The notes below the pieces were generated by a model. The model did not search any database. It worked only from the letters and a program-made list of their open reading frames with translations, and had not been told where the DNA came from. From Podarcis erhardii (taxonomy: Eukaryota): DNA of 64,000 nucleotides. The position numbers and the translations under genes are program-made. Below, in pieces: positions 24,780 through 37,617 of this stretch. Where the stretch lies: the NCBI GenBank assembly GCA_964252035.1, contig OZ176200.1. One strand, 5' to 3'. Position 1 is the stretch's first letter. Every line of letters starts with the position of its first letter.

Positions 24780-25900
24780 TCCCCATTGCACCAGGGACTG
24801 TACCTCTGGAACAGCTCCTCTTGGCCTCGGCCGATCACTGGCGTTTCACCCCTTTGCTTCTTCCTCCCGGGAGGGGCTCCCCCCCCCCATAGCCTCCATC
24901 ATCTCCTCTCCTCGCCCCACCTCCCACCCCGCGAGACCGTGTCCCACCGCGCACAGGCTTCTGTGCCCCGACTTCCTCCCTTCGCACATTCCGTGATTTA
25001 TTTACAGCCGGAGCCGAGTCGCTCTCTCCCCCCCCCCCCGCCCTCCAGGGCAAACAGGAGGCTTCGCCCGAAGCTTCCCGAGCGAGAGGCCGCGGAGCCC
25101 GCTTTCCTCGCCGCATCCCTCGCCCCAGCACCCCTCGGCGCCTGGGAGAGCCCCGCTCTCGGCCTGCCCTGCTCCTCCTCCACCGTCTCGGGAGGCGGCC
25201 GCGCGCTGCCCCGAGTCCCCCGGGAGGCGGCGGGAAGGTCCTTCTTCGCACAGCGCGGCCGGCGGTGGCCCCTCCTGGCGCCGCGCGCACCCGGGTGTTG
25301 CTGCCAGGCCCGCCGCCGCCTTCCTGCACGGACTGGCTCGCCGGCCAGGTGCCCGAAAAGAGCAGCTGCCTCGGCATGGAGCGGGCGGCGGCGGCGGCGG
25401 CGGCACCGGCCTCGGAGCAGGTAAGCCCGGCGGAGAGAGCTCCCCGAGAAAGGGCTTCGCGGCGGGTGCCTTTCTGCCGGCCAGGCCGGGCCCGGCGAGC
25501 ACGGACGGAGGGCACTTCCTGGCGCAACAACGCCGCGACCACTTCCTGCTTTCGCTTGCCGGGGGCTTACCTGAGCCCCGGAACCTGCTCCCCAAGCTCA
25601 TAGGACACCTTTGAGCGTCAAGAACGGAGCTTTCGAGCACGTGCAGAGCGCTGCCTGCGCCTCTGCGTTTTCTCTCCCACACCTTCGGGTGCGATTCCTT
25701 GGCCCGTAACAGTTTCGCGTTTAGAAATTGAACTCGGTGCTCCGACTCGTCTCCTGCCCATTTAAATAAATCTTATGCATTAATGCGATCCGCGCAAGTG
25801 TTCGGGTGAACAAAAACAAAAGCTCCGAAGACAAAGAGAGAAACGCACGCGCGTTGTGTTTTTAGAGAATGCAAGCACGTGTCGTCATAACAGGCTCCCT
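24780..25900. promoter_or_regulatory. CpG island promoter around PRKAG3 exon 1, possibly bidirectional
   Basis: Very GC- and CpG-dense relative to the flanks. Contains the PRKAG3 ATG exon, ETS-like cores (ACTTCCTG near 25514 and 25541), an NRF1-like element (tgcgcctctgcg near 25656) and a minus-strand donor CAG|GTAAGC at 25571. Confidence 0.85.
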
Positions 25901-28900
25901 CTATGTCAGGAAAAATGCTTTTCGTGTGGCGTTGCTATTTGTTTAAAAATCTGCTGAACTGAGGACACCTTTTTAATCAACGTATTTAATTGATCAATCG
26001 ATCAAGCAAATAGTGCAGCCATAAACGAGGTGAGAGAAACTTGGCAGCTGTATCCCATTCCTATATGGCTCTCTTGCTGTCTTGCAAGTGCCTTTTTTAA
26101 TATTAAAATTTTCCTCCAAAACCAGGTCTTTGGTCCTTAACTTATCTGCGGCCTTTTAGAAGTGGATGGAATGTTCTTAATGTATTTCTCTTCCCTCTTG
26201 GTTTTAATGTATCTGTGTGGGGTTTATTGTCTAGTTTGTTTATTTAGCTGTAAGTTGCTTTGGGTTGCCCTGGGCAAGATAAAGCAACTGACACATTAAA
26301 TAAACAAATAAATAAATTAAATAAATTACTGGTTATATTTGTCAGCTGGCATGTTTCTGCTTTCTGTCAGTTGCGGTAGGAAAATTGTGGGCCACCAAAT
26401 CTCTGTCTGGGGTTTGTTCCATGTCTCAGCATGTGTCTGTGTCTGATTGCACCCTGCTCTTCCGCATGTTTCCTCCTGTGTCTGAGTATGCATGCATTGT
26501 GGTTGAGTATGTTGTCTGTCATTCACAGTCTCTGACTGGGTGCAGCCTGAATCAGCTTCCACATTAACAATAGACCCTTTACTGCAGTGTCCTTACAGAT
26601 GCTAGCTTTGGGTACTAACTGGAGAAGCCATAGGTATGATTGTTGGGGATTGTTAGAGCTAGAGGTCTCCTCTCCCACCATGTCACTGTTTCTTAATTCC
26701 CTTGTGGTATTAGCTGGTTAAGCCATCCTCTTTCCCATTATGTAAAAAGAAGGACATACGGTTATCCTACCCAAGATTTAAACATCTGCTTTCCCACAAC
26801 ATGCTTAACATTCCCTGCAAACAACTCTGCCTGCAACTTGAAAAGCTGTAACAATAGGAAGGAAATAAACAGCAGCCATGTGAGGATGAAGGAAATGGCC
26901 TCTGCCTGCAGAAAATATGTGAAGCACTAAGTTTTTTGATCCCTCCAGCATTCTGTTTGAACTAGATTTGTAGCACTTTGGGAATTGAGGGCCTAGGGTG
27001 GAGTCTGAGGTTCCCTGTCCACTGCAGAATTGTAGCTCTCACTCTTCAGATCCTAAAAGCTGAACTATTTTGCACATTGAATGTGGACCACAGGGGCCAC
27101 TTTTTAACTCTCTCCATTTTTCCTTAACTCCCAGGCAGCACCACTGAGCAATGGCCTCCAGCCTCAGGAAGCAGGTGGGTAGTGCACTGGTTTTGCCTGC
27201 CGGTGGTGGAGTGACCGCTTTCAAGTACAGACTTCACTGTCTGCCAGAAAGACTGACTCATGACATGTGTTGCAGGGAACAGTTTGGGGTGTTAATTGCC
27301 TGCTTTGAGTGTCTTCTAAACTTGCTAATCCATAACAGCATGATTGTGTGTACTAACTTTGGGACATTATACATCACTTTTTGAGCCATGCTGCGAGCCA
27401 TCCGAACCACTGCCTCCCCTATCATTCTAGTCTTGGAAAATCTCAGTTGTACCCAGATTTCACTTTTTGCTTTCCTGTTTGAGAATGGCTCCAGTTCTGC
27501 TATTACCTGTGAAACCCATCCTAATGTCATCTTACAAAAAACTTACCGTATGTGAGGCCTGAGTTCAAAATCTGGGCTCATACTTAGATTCCTTGGATAA
27601 GCCCAGTATTGTCCATCCTCCATTTTCTATCTGTCGGATGGGAATATTGGTGACCTACCTCACAGGGTTGTTGTGAGGGCACTCAATAAAGATAATGAAG
27701 CTATTCAACTGCCACAGAAATGTGTGAATAAATACAGTGTACAGCCCCCTCCTGACCGGGTCTGCTTTTTCAGAGCAAGTAGTTAGCCCCTTTTACACTT
27801 TCCCCTCTACTGTAAAATTTGCAGAAGAGAGTTTGGGCTCTGTCTGAAATCAACGAATGCCTTCACCTTAGGCTGAAGTGTGTGGGTTGCTGCCTGTCAA
27901 GGGATGTAAACAATCAACTAACTGGATGTGCTCTGTGGGGCAGGGTGGGGTAGGGTTGGTCAGTGACTGCTGCAGCTTTTGGCTGGTTCTCTGTGCAAGT
28001 CACGGGTTGCTCAGCTCAGCATGCGTGTTCCTGCAGTTTATGTGAGAACATACCATTTCTTTAGGCTTAGTGAGAAGGAGGGAAGGTTGTGTCAGTCAAA
28101 AGGGCCAAGATTACTTAAATGTTTCACCTACCAAGAAGTTTTTGGTGTCTGGATTTGCAATGCCTCCCCTTACCCACTAGGCCCCAACCTGTCTCTGGAT
28201 GTTAAGGAATCAGCGTTGGAAGCCAAGGTTGTAGGGCAAGAGGCCAAGGACCTGGCTGCAGATGGCAAAGGTACAGAGTTGAGCATGATGAATGTGATGT
28301 CAGATGGCAGGACCATGGACGGGGATCCCAGAGCTGTTGGGCTGGATGCCAAGACTGCAAATCGGGATGGCAAAGTAACAGCTGGGGATGCCGTTGCTAC
28401 AGAATCGGATATTAAGGCTGCAGATTCAGAGGCCAGAGAACTGGATACAGCTGACAACTACGGTGGACCACAGGCCACAGTGACAGATAGGAGACAAACA
28501 GGTCCAGGGGGCAAGGAGGATGTGATGCCAAGAGGCAGGTGCAAGAGCTGGAACGCCAGTGCCCCCACCCTGAATGTTAAAGATGCCGGTCAGCAAAACA
28601 AAGGCACGGTTGTGGATGCCAAAGCAACACCAGAAGTCACCAAGCCAGATGAGAACAACAAAGATGACGACGGTGACATCATTTCTCTCGACTGTGAAAT
28701 TCTTGGGTTTGGTCCTGATACTGATTTGCTGGGACCAGATGCTGAGACTTACATGCATTTCATGCGGCGCCATCACTGTTATGATGCCATTCCCACCAGC
28801 TCCAAACTGGTAGTGTTTGACACAACCTTGCAGGTAAGGGGGGAAGTGGGAGCTGTTGTGGGTCAAGGAAGGGGATAGAAAACTGGTCATTTTAATAATG

Positions 28901-31900
28901 GGATAGTGGAAGCTCATTTCTTTATTAATCGGGGTGGGGAACCTGTGGCAATCCAGATACTGTTGGGACTGATATGAGTTGGAGTCCCGATCCCTGTTGC
29001 AAATCCTGAAACATCCAGCAAAGACAGGACAGTAGTCCAATAGGCTCAAGTCAACAGCTCTGCTCCCTCCCTCTCAATGTTCCTAGTAAAATTGTTATCA
29101 GCACTCAAGAAAAGCTAGTTCTCAAAATAGAATACAGGGTGGAATGATGCTGATGGGAGTTTGCAAAAGGCTTGAATGTGAGTAGCTCAGATAACTGAGT
29201 GTTGGGAATAATTGGAAGCAGCATAGTTCCAACCTGATGGTATCCCTTTTCTTTCCTTATGTAAGTGAATGCTTGCTTTTCACTTCTATGGGAAAAGTAA
29301 ACAATTATACTTGAGGAACGCTTCTGGTTTTTTAAAATTTACAATGTTTCTGAACTGTTCATTATACGATTCCAGATTGGTATACAGAAGGATGGATAAC
29401 GCTGTTCACACAAGAAAAAAAATAAAGGGGCAGAATTCATTTAACTAGTCCTGTTAGTGGAAGCCAACATGAGGACTTACACTAGTGCAACATGTCCTCC
29501 CACGTTATCTGAAATTGGCTCAGGGGAAGCTGAAAAGCTGATGGACCAGTTGCCATAGAGTCACATTGAATTCCTCCCAAGGAGTAGGGAAGGCAGAATA
29601 AAATATCTTGCATGTCAGCGCAGACAGGAGTAACTTCAGACAGCGCTTGCACCCCTGACATTGTGACCTCCCCTGACAGGGATTCTACACTGAAGTTTGT
29701 GGGGGTTTCCCTACCCTTTTAGTACATGTCTGCCCTCCTCCCATATAACTACACTACACTCAGCAGTTTTCAACTTCCTTCCTAATCTGTCAGGTTCTGG
29801 TACTTGACTTTCTGCTATGGCAGGCAGTGTGTGTGTTGTGGGGAGCTGTAGAAATTAATAGAGCACAAAGCTATCAATCGTTACTAGCTGCAATGACTGT
29901 GTTCTCCCTCCATTTTAGGAGGCAGTAGGCCTCTGAATACTAACTATTTTGGAATACAAGTGGAGAGAGTGCTGTTGGTCTTCAATATGCATCTGAATGG
30001 CTACTGTGAGAACAGGATTCTGGACTAGGTGGGCCTTTGGACTCTTCTTACGACACTGGCAGAGCTGGATATAGGAACTCAAATCCGTCTGCAAGGATTA
30101 AACAAATAGATGCTCACTTTCAAGATGAAGCAATTCTACCTGTTTCATCAAGTTATTCCTGCTGCTGCAAGTTTACCTTCCCTCATATTTGTTGTAGTTC
30201 ATCACATTCCTAGAGCTGTGATTTAGGAGGAGGTAGAATCGTGGGAAGAGAGCAAACTAGGAAGAAAGTCCAAGCCGCATAATTTGGTAAAAAATAGGCC
30301 TAAGGCCCTAAAATTGAACCACAATGTTTAATAATATCTAGTCTAGCAGAAGAATATAATTGGTACACAGAGTTGGAGTCCAAGGGGGTGCAGTGTGGGC
30401 GATTACTTCTGGATTTTCCCCTGCCCAGCCTTCTTAGCTGGATGCAGCTGTTTCCTCACCCTGTAGATCTGGCCTGACCAATGTGGTGCCTTCCAGATGT
30501 TGTACTACAATTCCCATCAGCCTCAGACCAATGGTAAGGATGACGGGGGCTGAAGCCCAACAAGACCTGAAGGGCACCACATTGACTACTCCTAACTGCA
30601 GATAGACAGGAATATTGAATAGCAACTGCCAGTCTGGCCCACCTATTCTTTTTTCCTCCTGTCCCCAGATAAAGAAGGCCTTCTTAGCCATGGTAGCCAA
30701 TGGGGTGCGAGCAGCCCCTCTCTGGGACAACAAGCAGCAGTGTTTTGTGGGTAAGTGATGCTGCGTTCAGGAGGGCAACACAGGACAGCAGATTTTGGGC
30801 AAAAGGAAGTGTGAACTGGGATTTCATAGGACTACTGCTGGCCATTCAAACTGTACTAGGGATGGTCAAGAAGGCAAGGTTGGGTGTGTGCAGGAATTCT
30901 GCAGGTGCCTTATTAAGGAAAGGCTCAACCATCTGCTGTCCTGAGAACTGGGGCTTGCACAAGGTAGCCCTTCATGCCTGTTGCTTCAGCTCCTCCAGAC
31001 CTACACCTGTGTGTATCCACCCTCTTCCTTTTCCTCTTTCCCCCACTCTCTCTTACTGCAGGTATGTTGACTATCACTGACTTCATTAACATCCTACATC
31101 GCTACTACCGATCACCTCTGGTGAGTTTTCCAGGATTACTCAATTGCCTTTGCAAGATCTGGAGCAAACCAGCTTCCAGCATCTCCCTCCCAATATGTAC
31201 AGGGATGGAGGGGGGCAGGGGCAGAGGGGTGACAGCAAAGCAAGAGGACCTGTGACTTCAAAGTACAAGTGTGGACTGCTTGGAACTCTCACTATCCTAT
31301 CCTTTTGTGGGTGACATCACCCTGCTCACGAGTATCATTTTGTGCTGTTTTTAGGTTCAGATATATGAGATCGAGGAACACAAAATTGAAACGTGGAGAG
31401 GTGAGGAGGGCACCACTAGGGGGAGTAGTGTATGCATGGATGCTATTGAATATCTTTAAAATTGATTGTCAGCAGTGGAAGGTGAATTGCACTCTGTGTG
31501 TGTGCACATGTTTACGTCTGTCTCCCTGCTTCTGGCCTTGATTTAAACAGTTCCTCTCTTAACTTGGTATCCCTTCCTACTTGATAGTCTTGCCTCTAGA
31601 CAAGGCGCGGCCAGCATTTAGTCCAACAACATCTAAAGGACAACAGCTCCCATAATTCCCTCCCATTGGCCATGCTGGCTAGGGCTGATGGGAGTTGGGG
31701 CCCACTGGCCACCCCAGCCCCTAGGCAAAGGGTTTAGGTTACAGTACTCTAGGGATTGGAAACCAGTGACTTCTGGTTTTGATGGGCTCCATCAGCCCTT
31801 GCCAGGATGACCAATAACAATCTGGAGGGTCACAGGTTCACCCTCCTTGCGCTACAGGCTCTTTTGTTGCATTCTGATGAAATTCCATGTGCTGTAGCCC

Positions 31901-34900
31901 ATTGCTGTGAGCTCATTGGATCCTGTCCCATTTCTGTCCCTGGTGTTTCTACTTACCCTCTCCCTTTGAGCTTGGTCCACACAACCACCCAGAAGAGGGG
32001 TAGCTAATGTGGTACCTTCCAGATGTTGATCCAACTCTTTTCATCCTTAGCCAGCATGGCCCAATGGTCAAGGATGATGGCAAGTGAAATCCAACATGTG
32101 GAGGGCACCATGTGGGCTGCCCCTGACTCACAGGGAAGGTGCAAGGCTCAGGGAGGATCCTCCTCCATCTACTCACTGCTTGCATGTTCAGTGGTAGAGC
32201 ACATGCTCTGCTTGCAAATGATCTGAGATTCAATCCCTGGCATCTCCTGTTTGGGTAGGGAAATGCCCCCTAGCTAAAACCCTGGAGGGTGGCTGCCAAT
32301 CAGGACGCAGCCTAAATGGATCATTGGTCTGATTCAGTACAACAGCTATAGTACCCTTTCTCTCTTCAAAGTGGGGAAACCCAGCCAGATGGGCAGGATA
32401 TAAATAATAAAATTATTTTTTAAAAAGTATTATACATTGAATCACTGTCCCAATTTCTGAAATGCTTTCAGTGCACATAACATGGGAAGAAAGTTGATGT
32501 TATAGTAAATCATCTTCAACTTGGCAGTGATTAACCATATGGTATAGTGACCTCAAGCTGTTGTATGCCAAAATCTCAGAAACTCAACATCCTTCTAAAT
32601 AGATTGGAAACCCGACTGACCTCTTTTGCCAGATTCCCCTCCCCCCACAGAAGTAGGTTCATCCTTAACCTGTAGTAGTTCTCCCATCTTACCTAGGGCA
32701 ACGGTTCTATATACTATTCAGACGCTTTCCTTTCTCCCCAGAGGTGTATTTGCAAGGTTTCTTCAAACCCTTGGTGTGCATCTCCCCAAATGATAGGTAA
32801 GTCATTCCTGATGCTTGCTTACTCCTCCCACAGATCCCTCCTCTTTGGCAGGAAAGGTGGGAAAGAATTTTAATGAGTACATAATAATAGTGTGGCTAGC
32901 TTTGATGGAAAGAGTCTTGTACTTTTAACAACTGCATGGCAGTTGGTCTAAAAGAGTGAAGTTTTACTCATCAGTTCCTTGCCAGAAAACACTTCACTTG
33001 TTGATTTCTGCCTGTCGAACAGCTGAATGCACAGAGCCTTTGTCCATAATAGGGGTGGGGGAACCCTCACTGTCTCACAACGCCTACTCCATTTAGAGCA
33101 GCTGTGCTGCCTGATGCCCAAAGTGGAAGCAGTAAATGGGTACAGTCCCTGGGTACAGGGAGCCAATCTCCAGGCATGTCATATTGCCCTTTTGTTTCTC
33201 CCTTTCCTAGCCTATTTGATGCTGTTTATTCCTTGATTAAGCACAAGATCCATCGGCTGCCTGTTATCGAGCCCATCTCAGGGAACGTCCTACACATTCT
33301 GACCCACAAACGTATCCTCAAGTTCCTGCATATCTTCGTGAGTGTCTGGTGATCCCAAATTCCTCTTGGCATAGATGATGGCAAGGCAGATTATTTTTGG
33401 TCTCAGTGGGTCCTATGTTGGCCCAGAGCCCGATGCTCTCTTTTATCATTTATTTATTGGTATAGAGCCAACAGGGTATGTGGTGCCTTGCAGAGCTGCA
33501 TAGGGAAAAATGGACTGGCCACTTCCCTCAAGATGCTCACGATCTAAAATAGACAATTGGGAAAACAGTAGAAGTTGGGAGAGTAAGAGGTTAGGCTCCA
33601 CTAGGGATGTAAAAAGGTATCATTTTATTTTTTGTCCCATATTCATTGTCTGCAGTGGTACCTTGGGTTACATACGCTTCAGGTTACAGACTCTGCTAAC
33701 CCAGAAATAGTGCTTCAGGTTAAGAACTTTGCTTCAGGATGAGAACAGAAATCGTGCTCTGGTGGCACGGCGGCAGCAGGAGGCCCCATTAGCTAAAATG
33801 GTGCTTCAGGTTAAGAACAGTTTCAGGTTAAGTACGGACCTCCAGAATGAATTAAGTACTTAACCCGAGGTACCACTGTATTTCTATTCTGCTGCAGTTC
33901 AGCTTCTGCAAAAAATGTTATCTAGCTCACTGTTCACTGTGGCCAAATTTAATAATGCATTATTGTGTGAATGCACATCATTCATTTCCATTGTGGGGCA
34001 GGGGGAGCATCACCAATAATGCACTGAAAAAAATAACCTCCTCTTCTCTCACTACAGGGAGCCATGCTTCCAAAGCCACGATTCCTGCAGAAAACCATCC
34101 TGGAACTGGGCATTGGCACCTTCCGTGACGTTGCCATGGTCCTGGAGTCAGCCCCTGTCTACACAGCCTTGGAGATTTTTGTAGACCGCAGGGTCTCAGC
34201 ATTGCCTGTTGTTAATGAAAAAGGTACTTGCTGCGGGGAGCTCCTCTGCTCTGCTCACCGCTATGTTTGCCGTTTCAGCTGAGCCTTACCTCTTTCTTAT
34301 ATGTTATCAGCTTTCTAATTCATCCTCTACTTTTTTCTTGGGCCCTGAAATTCCACAAACCCTATGTGACATTTATCAAACAATCTGAGCCATTGCGTGA
34401 TGTAGCTTTTGCCAAGCTGCACCGTTTTGGGGTTCCATATTTGAATCCCACCCACCCTGCTTGAGCCAATGAACCATAGTGCTATATGCAACATTTCAGA
34501 GATAGTGTTAAATCACTATCACCCAGATTTTGTCACTTTTGTAAATTCCACCCACTGTCATAAAATCAGAAACCCTCTTTTTATGTATTAACTCATAAAC
34601 TTCAAGATGTGATAAAAGCCTGGAAAAGTGCTGTTCACATATATGATAATATGAATGAATAATGCTCTGTGTCTAGCTCTATTCAAGACTTTATTGTGAG
34701 TGGATTTTTTCTTTTATCGGGTATTTCTTAATTATTTTTCTGATTAATACATATGGAATACTTGCTTAGTTGGAACGTATTAAATATATCAATACTTTTT
34801 AAAAATTGATGATAGCTACTTTATGAGGTGGGTGAATGGGAGGGTTTTCTCTACTGAGTCCCTTATAATGCTTCCCTCACTTTCTCTTTACAGGGAGGGT

Positions 34901-35091
34901 AGTTGGCCTCTACTCTCGCTTTGATGTGATTGTAAGTATAGCACAATCATATTTTTGCAGGTGTGAAGTTGGTTGGCGGGAGAATGGATTTTTTTAATAG
35001 CCCACGCTAAGAAAATGGAATGTTTCCCTGTCTTGCCTCTAGGGGATGCAGTACCTGTTTAAAATTTTAAGATGGGAAGATCACTTGGTAG

Positions 35092-35139
<48 letters not shown>

Positions 35140-36744
35140 TTTGGTATCCCTCGCAAATGTTTCCTGAACTCCATCTATCTAAAGGGATTGAGGTGGTGAT
35201 ACAAATTTTCACTACTATTTATCAGCTCTAGACAGAGAAGTCAGCAGCAGTTTCCCTCTTAAACATAGGGTGAAAAGCAAAGGAGAACATTGTCTCCAAT
35301 GCTGTGATTCTAAATTGATGGGTCCATTTATCAAAGTGGCTGTCACAAGGTGCATTAAACCAGTGTGTAGCAACTGAGCCTTGTTTCAGCAAGAGTTACC
35401 TGGATATTAAAGCCAGAGTTCTCCCACCTTTGCAAAGTGGGATTGGGGTAGCTTTATTCTCTGCTAATGCCAAGCCCCTGCCTGGATGATCTGTCATGGT
35501 GGCTTCAAACCATTTCCTTGTCTCTGCTTAGCACTTGGCTGCCCAGAAGTCCTACAACAACCTGGACATTACTGTGGGGGAAGCACTGAAGCAGCGCTCA
35601 GTCTGCCTGGAAGGGGTGCTCACCTGCCATCCTTACGAAACGATGGAAGACATTATTGACCGCATCGCCAAGGAGCAGGTATGCCAGCGTGGAGCAGGAA
35701 GAATGTGCGCTTTAGGTAACAGTTACTCTGTGGCAAGACCTTGACCTCTCCAGGTCCATAAAATCTGACTTCAGGAGTTAAATGTTCAGCCTAAACCTCT
35801 TCTGTCACTACTTTCTGCTTACTCAAGTCATGCCCAGTGACACTTTCTAATCCAGTCAGCCTCTAATCCTGTCACCTGATTGACTTTGCTCTATTGGCAT
35901 AGGTGTTCCAGCAGTAACCATCTCTGGCTTGTTCTTCCCCATGACACTCATGGAAGAGACAAGTCCACACTAGTGGCTTACAGGCCCTAGGAAAAGGATG
36001 GGAAATATTGTGGAATACTGTATTCCAACCATTTAAGCAAAAAAACAAAAACTCCCAAAATAATTCTCATGAGACTTCTCCAGGGTAGAAGCTATTCCCA
36101 ATGAATCACTTAAAAAGGGGGTCCACGGGGAAAGCCAAGAGCCCGCACAGAAGAGGTAGATTGCTCAGGTGGGTGGTCCCCAAGGTAAGTGAAACCATCT
36201 TCAGATGCTGATGAGAACTGGACACCTAAAGGCTGCTTCACATGTTATATGAGAGAAAACAGCTGTTTGCTGCCATACAGCAGGAAGCCATGGCAAGTCC
36301 CAGCTCCCTGCTGCACATACAGGTCTCATGCATATGGTGGGAAATATCTATCTGTTGCGTGTAATGATTTACTGAACCAATGGGGAACCTGTGGTCCTTC
36401 ACAAAGCGTTGGGACCCCAATTCCCATCAGCCCCAGCCAGCATGGTCAATGGTCAGGGATGAAGGGTAATGTAGTTCAGCAAAAACACCTAGAGGGTCAC
36501 AGATTCCTCATTCTAGAGGCAAACAGGTGTTTCCATATGCAAACACACATACCTTAAAAAATTATAATGTGGGAAGCAGCCCCAGACTTATTTTCTGTAC
36601 AGCACAGTTGCTCCTCTGCAACTAAAGGCTAATAGGCAGCACAACAGCACCCAGCTTTAACTTTCCTGCCTGCCACTCTTAATTGTAACTTTTCCCAGAA
36701 TGCCCTGTTCCTTGGCTATCTTGCTGTACTAGGATGGTGATAAT

Positions 36745-36781
<37 letters not shown>

Positions 36782-37046
36782 GCATTATGCCACCAAAGGG
36801 AAACGTTTCTGAGGTTTGCCTCAGGAGGGAGGGGTAACTCTAGCCCTGTGGATGTCAAGCACTCATCTCAGCTCATCCTGTTACCATACTCTTCTCTCCG
36901 TGATGGTGTGTGGCTCACTCATCTGGCAGGTCCATCGTCTGGTTCTGGTGGATGAGAAGAAAACCCCGCGGGGGATCGTGTCCCTCTCTGACATTCTCCA
37001 AGCCCTGGTTCTCACGCCTGCAGGTATCGATGCCCTAAACTCTTAA
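25376..37046 (+). CDS. PRKAG3: AMP-activated protein kinase gamma-3 regulatory subunit (four CBS domains), about 524 aa
   Basis: Exons 25376-25420 ([15 protein letters not shown], Kozak ggcATGG), 27135-27174, 28181-28833, 30669-30750, 31062-31120, 31355-31400, 32742-32796, 33211-33337, 34058-34223, 34894-34931, 35532-35678, 36930-37046 (TAA). All GT-AG and phase-compatible, 1575 nt in total. Motifs: [63 protein letters not shown], and the gamma-3-type end [11 protein letters not shown]. Exons 1-2 rest on splice signals and phase rather than strong homology. Confidence 0.96.
28198..28449 (+). repeat. Degenerate coding 21-bp (7-aa) tandem repeat x12 in PRKAG3 exon 3
   Basis: [84 protein letters not shown]. 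Confidence 0.8.
33653..33878 (+). mobile_element. Tc1/pogo (Tigger-like) MITE, copy 2
   Basis: Same TIRs and internal sequence as copy 1; 3' TA flank intact. Confidence 0.88.
35094..35138. repeat. (GT)n microsatellite
   Basis: Directly visible GT run in a PRKAG3 intron. Confidence 0.95.
36746..36781. repeat. (AAT)n microsatellite
   Basis: taataataa run about 150 nt upstream of the last PRKAG3 exon. Confidence 0.95.
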
Positions 37047-37582
37047 GCCGCCTGACGCTCCATCCTTCCTCCATTTGTACCCTCCATTTCCTCCGCTTCT
37101 CTCCAGCTCAGGTAGGCCCCATGCCTTGGCCTCTCTAGCCTCTGCCCTGCTGCTCGTTTTTGCCTTGCTGCTGGGTCTCTCTTGTCCGTCCGGCCAAGCC
37201 AGGTCTGTATTTCTGTCTGTCTAGAACCAAACACCCAGCCTGGAAGGGAGGCCAATGCTATGGATCGTAAACACAGCATAGCCTTGTAGGAGGAACCTCT
37301 TCATGAGAGGGCCACAGGGTGGCAATACAAGAATGGGCCTTTTCTGCAGTGGCTCCCCGGGTAGGCTCACCTGGCACCTTCATTACATATATGCAGGCAG
37401 CAGGTGAAAACGTTTCTCTTTAACCAGGCCTTTGGCTGATTAACATTCTATGTCTTTTTTAATGTGTTTGTGGGAGGGGGGCTTATGGTTTTGTTTTTAT
37501 TATGTATTTTGCATTTATTTTTATGTTGTGAACTGCCCTGTGATCTTCAGATGAAGGGTGGTATACAAATTTAATACATTAT

Positions 37583-37617
37583 TTATGATTATGATTATGA
37601 TTATGATTATGATTATT
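37583..37617. repeat. (ATTATG)n microsatellite
   Basis: atgattatgattatg run downstream of the PRKAG3 stop. Confidence 0.9.

Larger units (their letters stand above)
16144..25601 (-). pseudogene. Candidate decayed multi-exon gene or spliced lncRNA of unknown identity
   Basis: Hand-found chain of AG/GT-bounded blocks with compatible phases: 25601-25571, 22336-22279, 21838-21654, 21587-21500, 21389-21295, 20939-20724, 20380-20367, 19983-19908, 19573-19492, 18128-17892, 16818-16570, and a terminal exon from 16340 with AATAAA at 16149-16144. In-frame stops are scattered. The link between the first exon and the rest is unresolved and some splice sites are weak. Confidence 0.5.

Noticed and set aside
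24777-25682. Long ORFs (215-235 aa) on both strands in the first CpG island
   Set aside because: Expected from stop-codon scarcity in very GC-rich DNA. They are low-complexity Arg/Pro/Gly/Ala text; only the short spliced exons are supported.
27979-28180. 5' part of the 299-aa ORF as PRKAG3 N-terminus (TTG start)
   Set aside because: An acceptor at 28180 and two phase-compatible upstream exons explain the start better; the upstream part is open intron.
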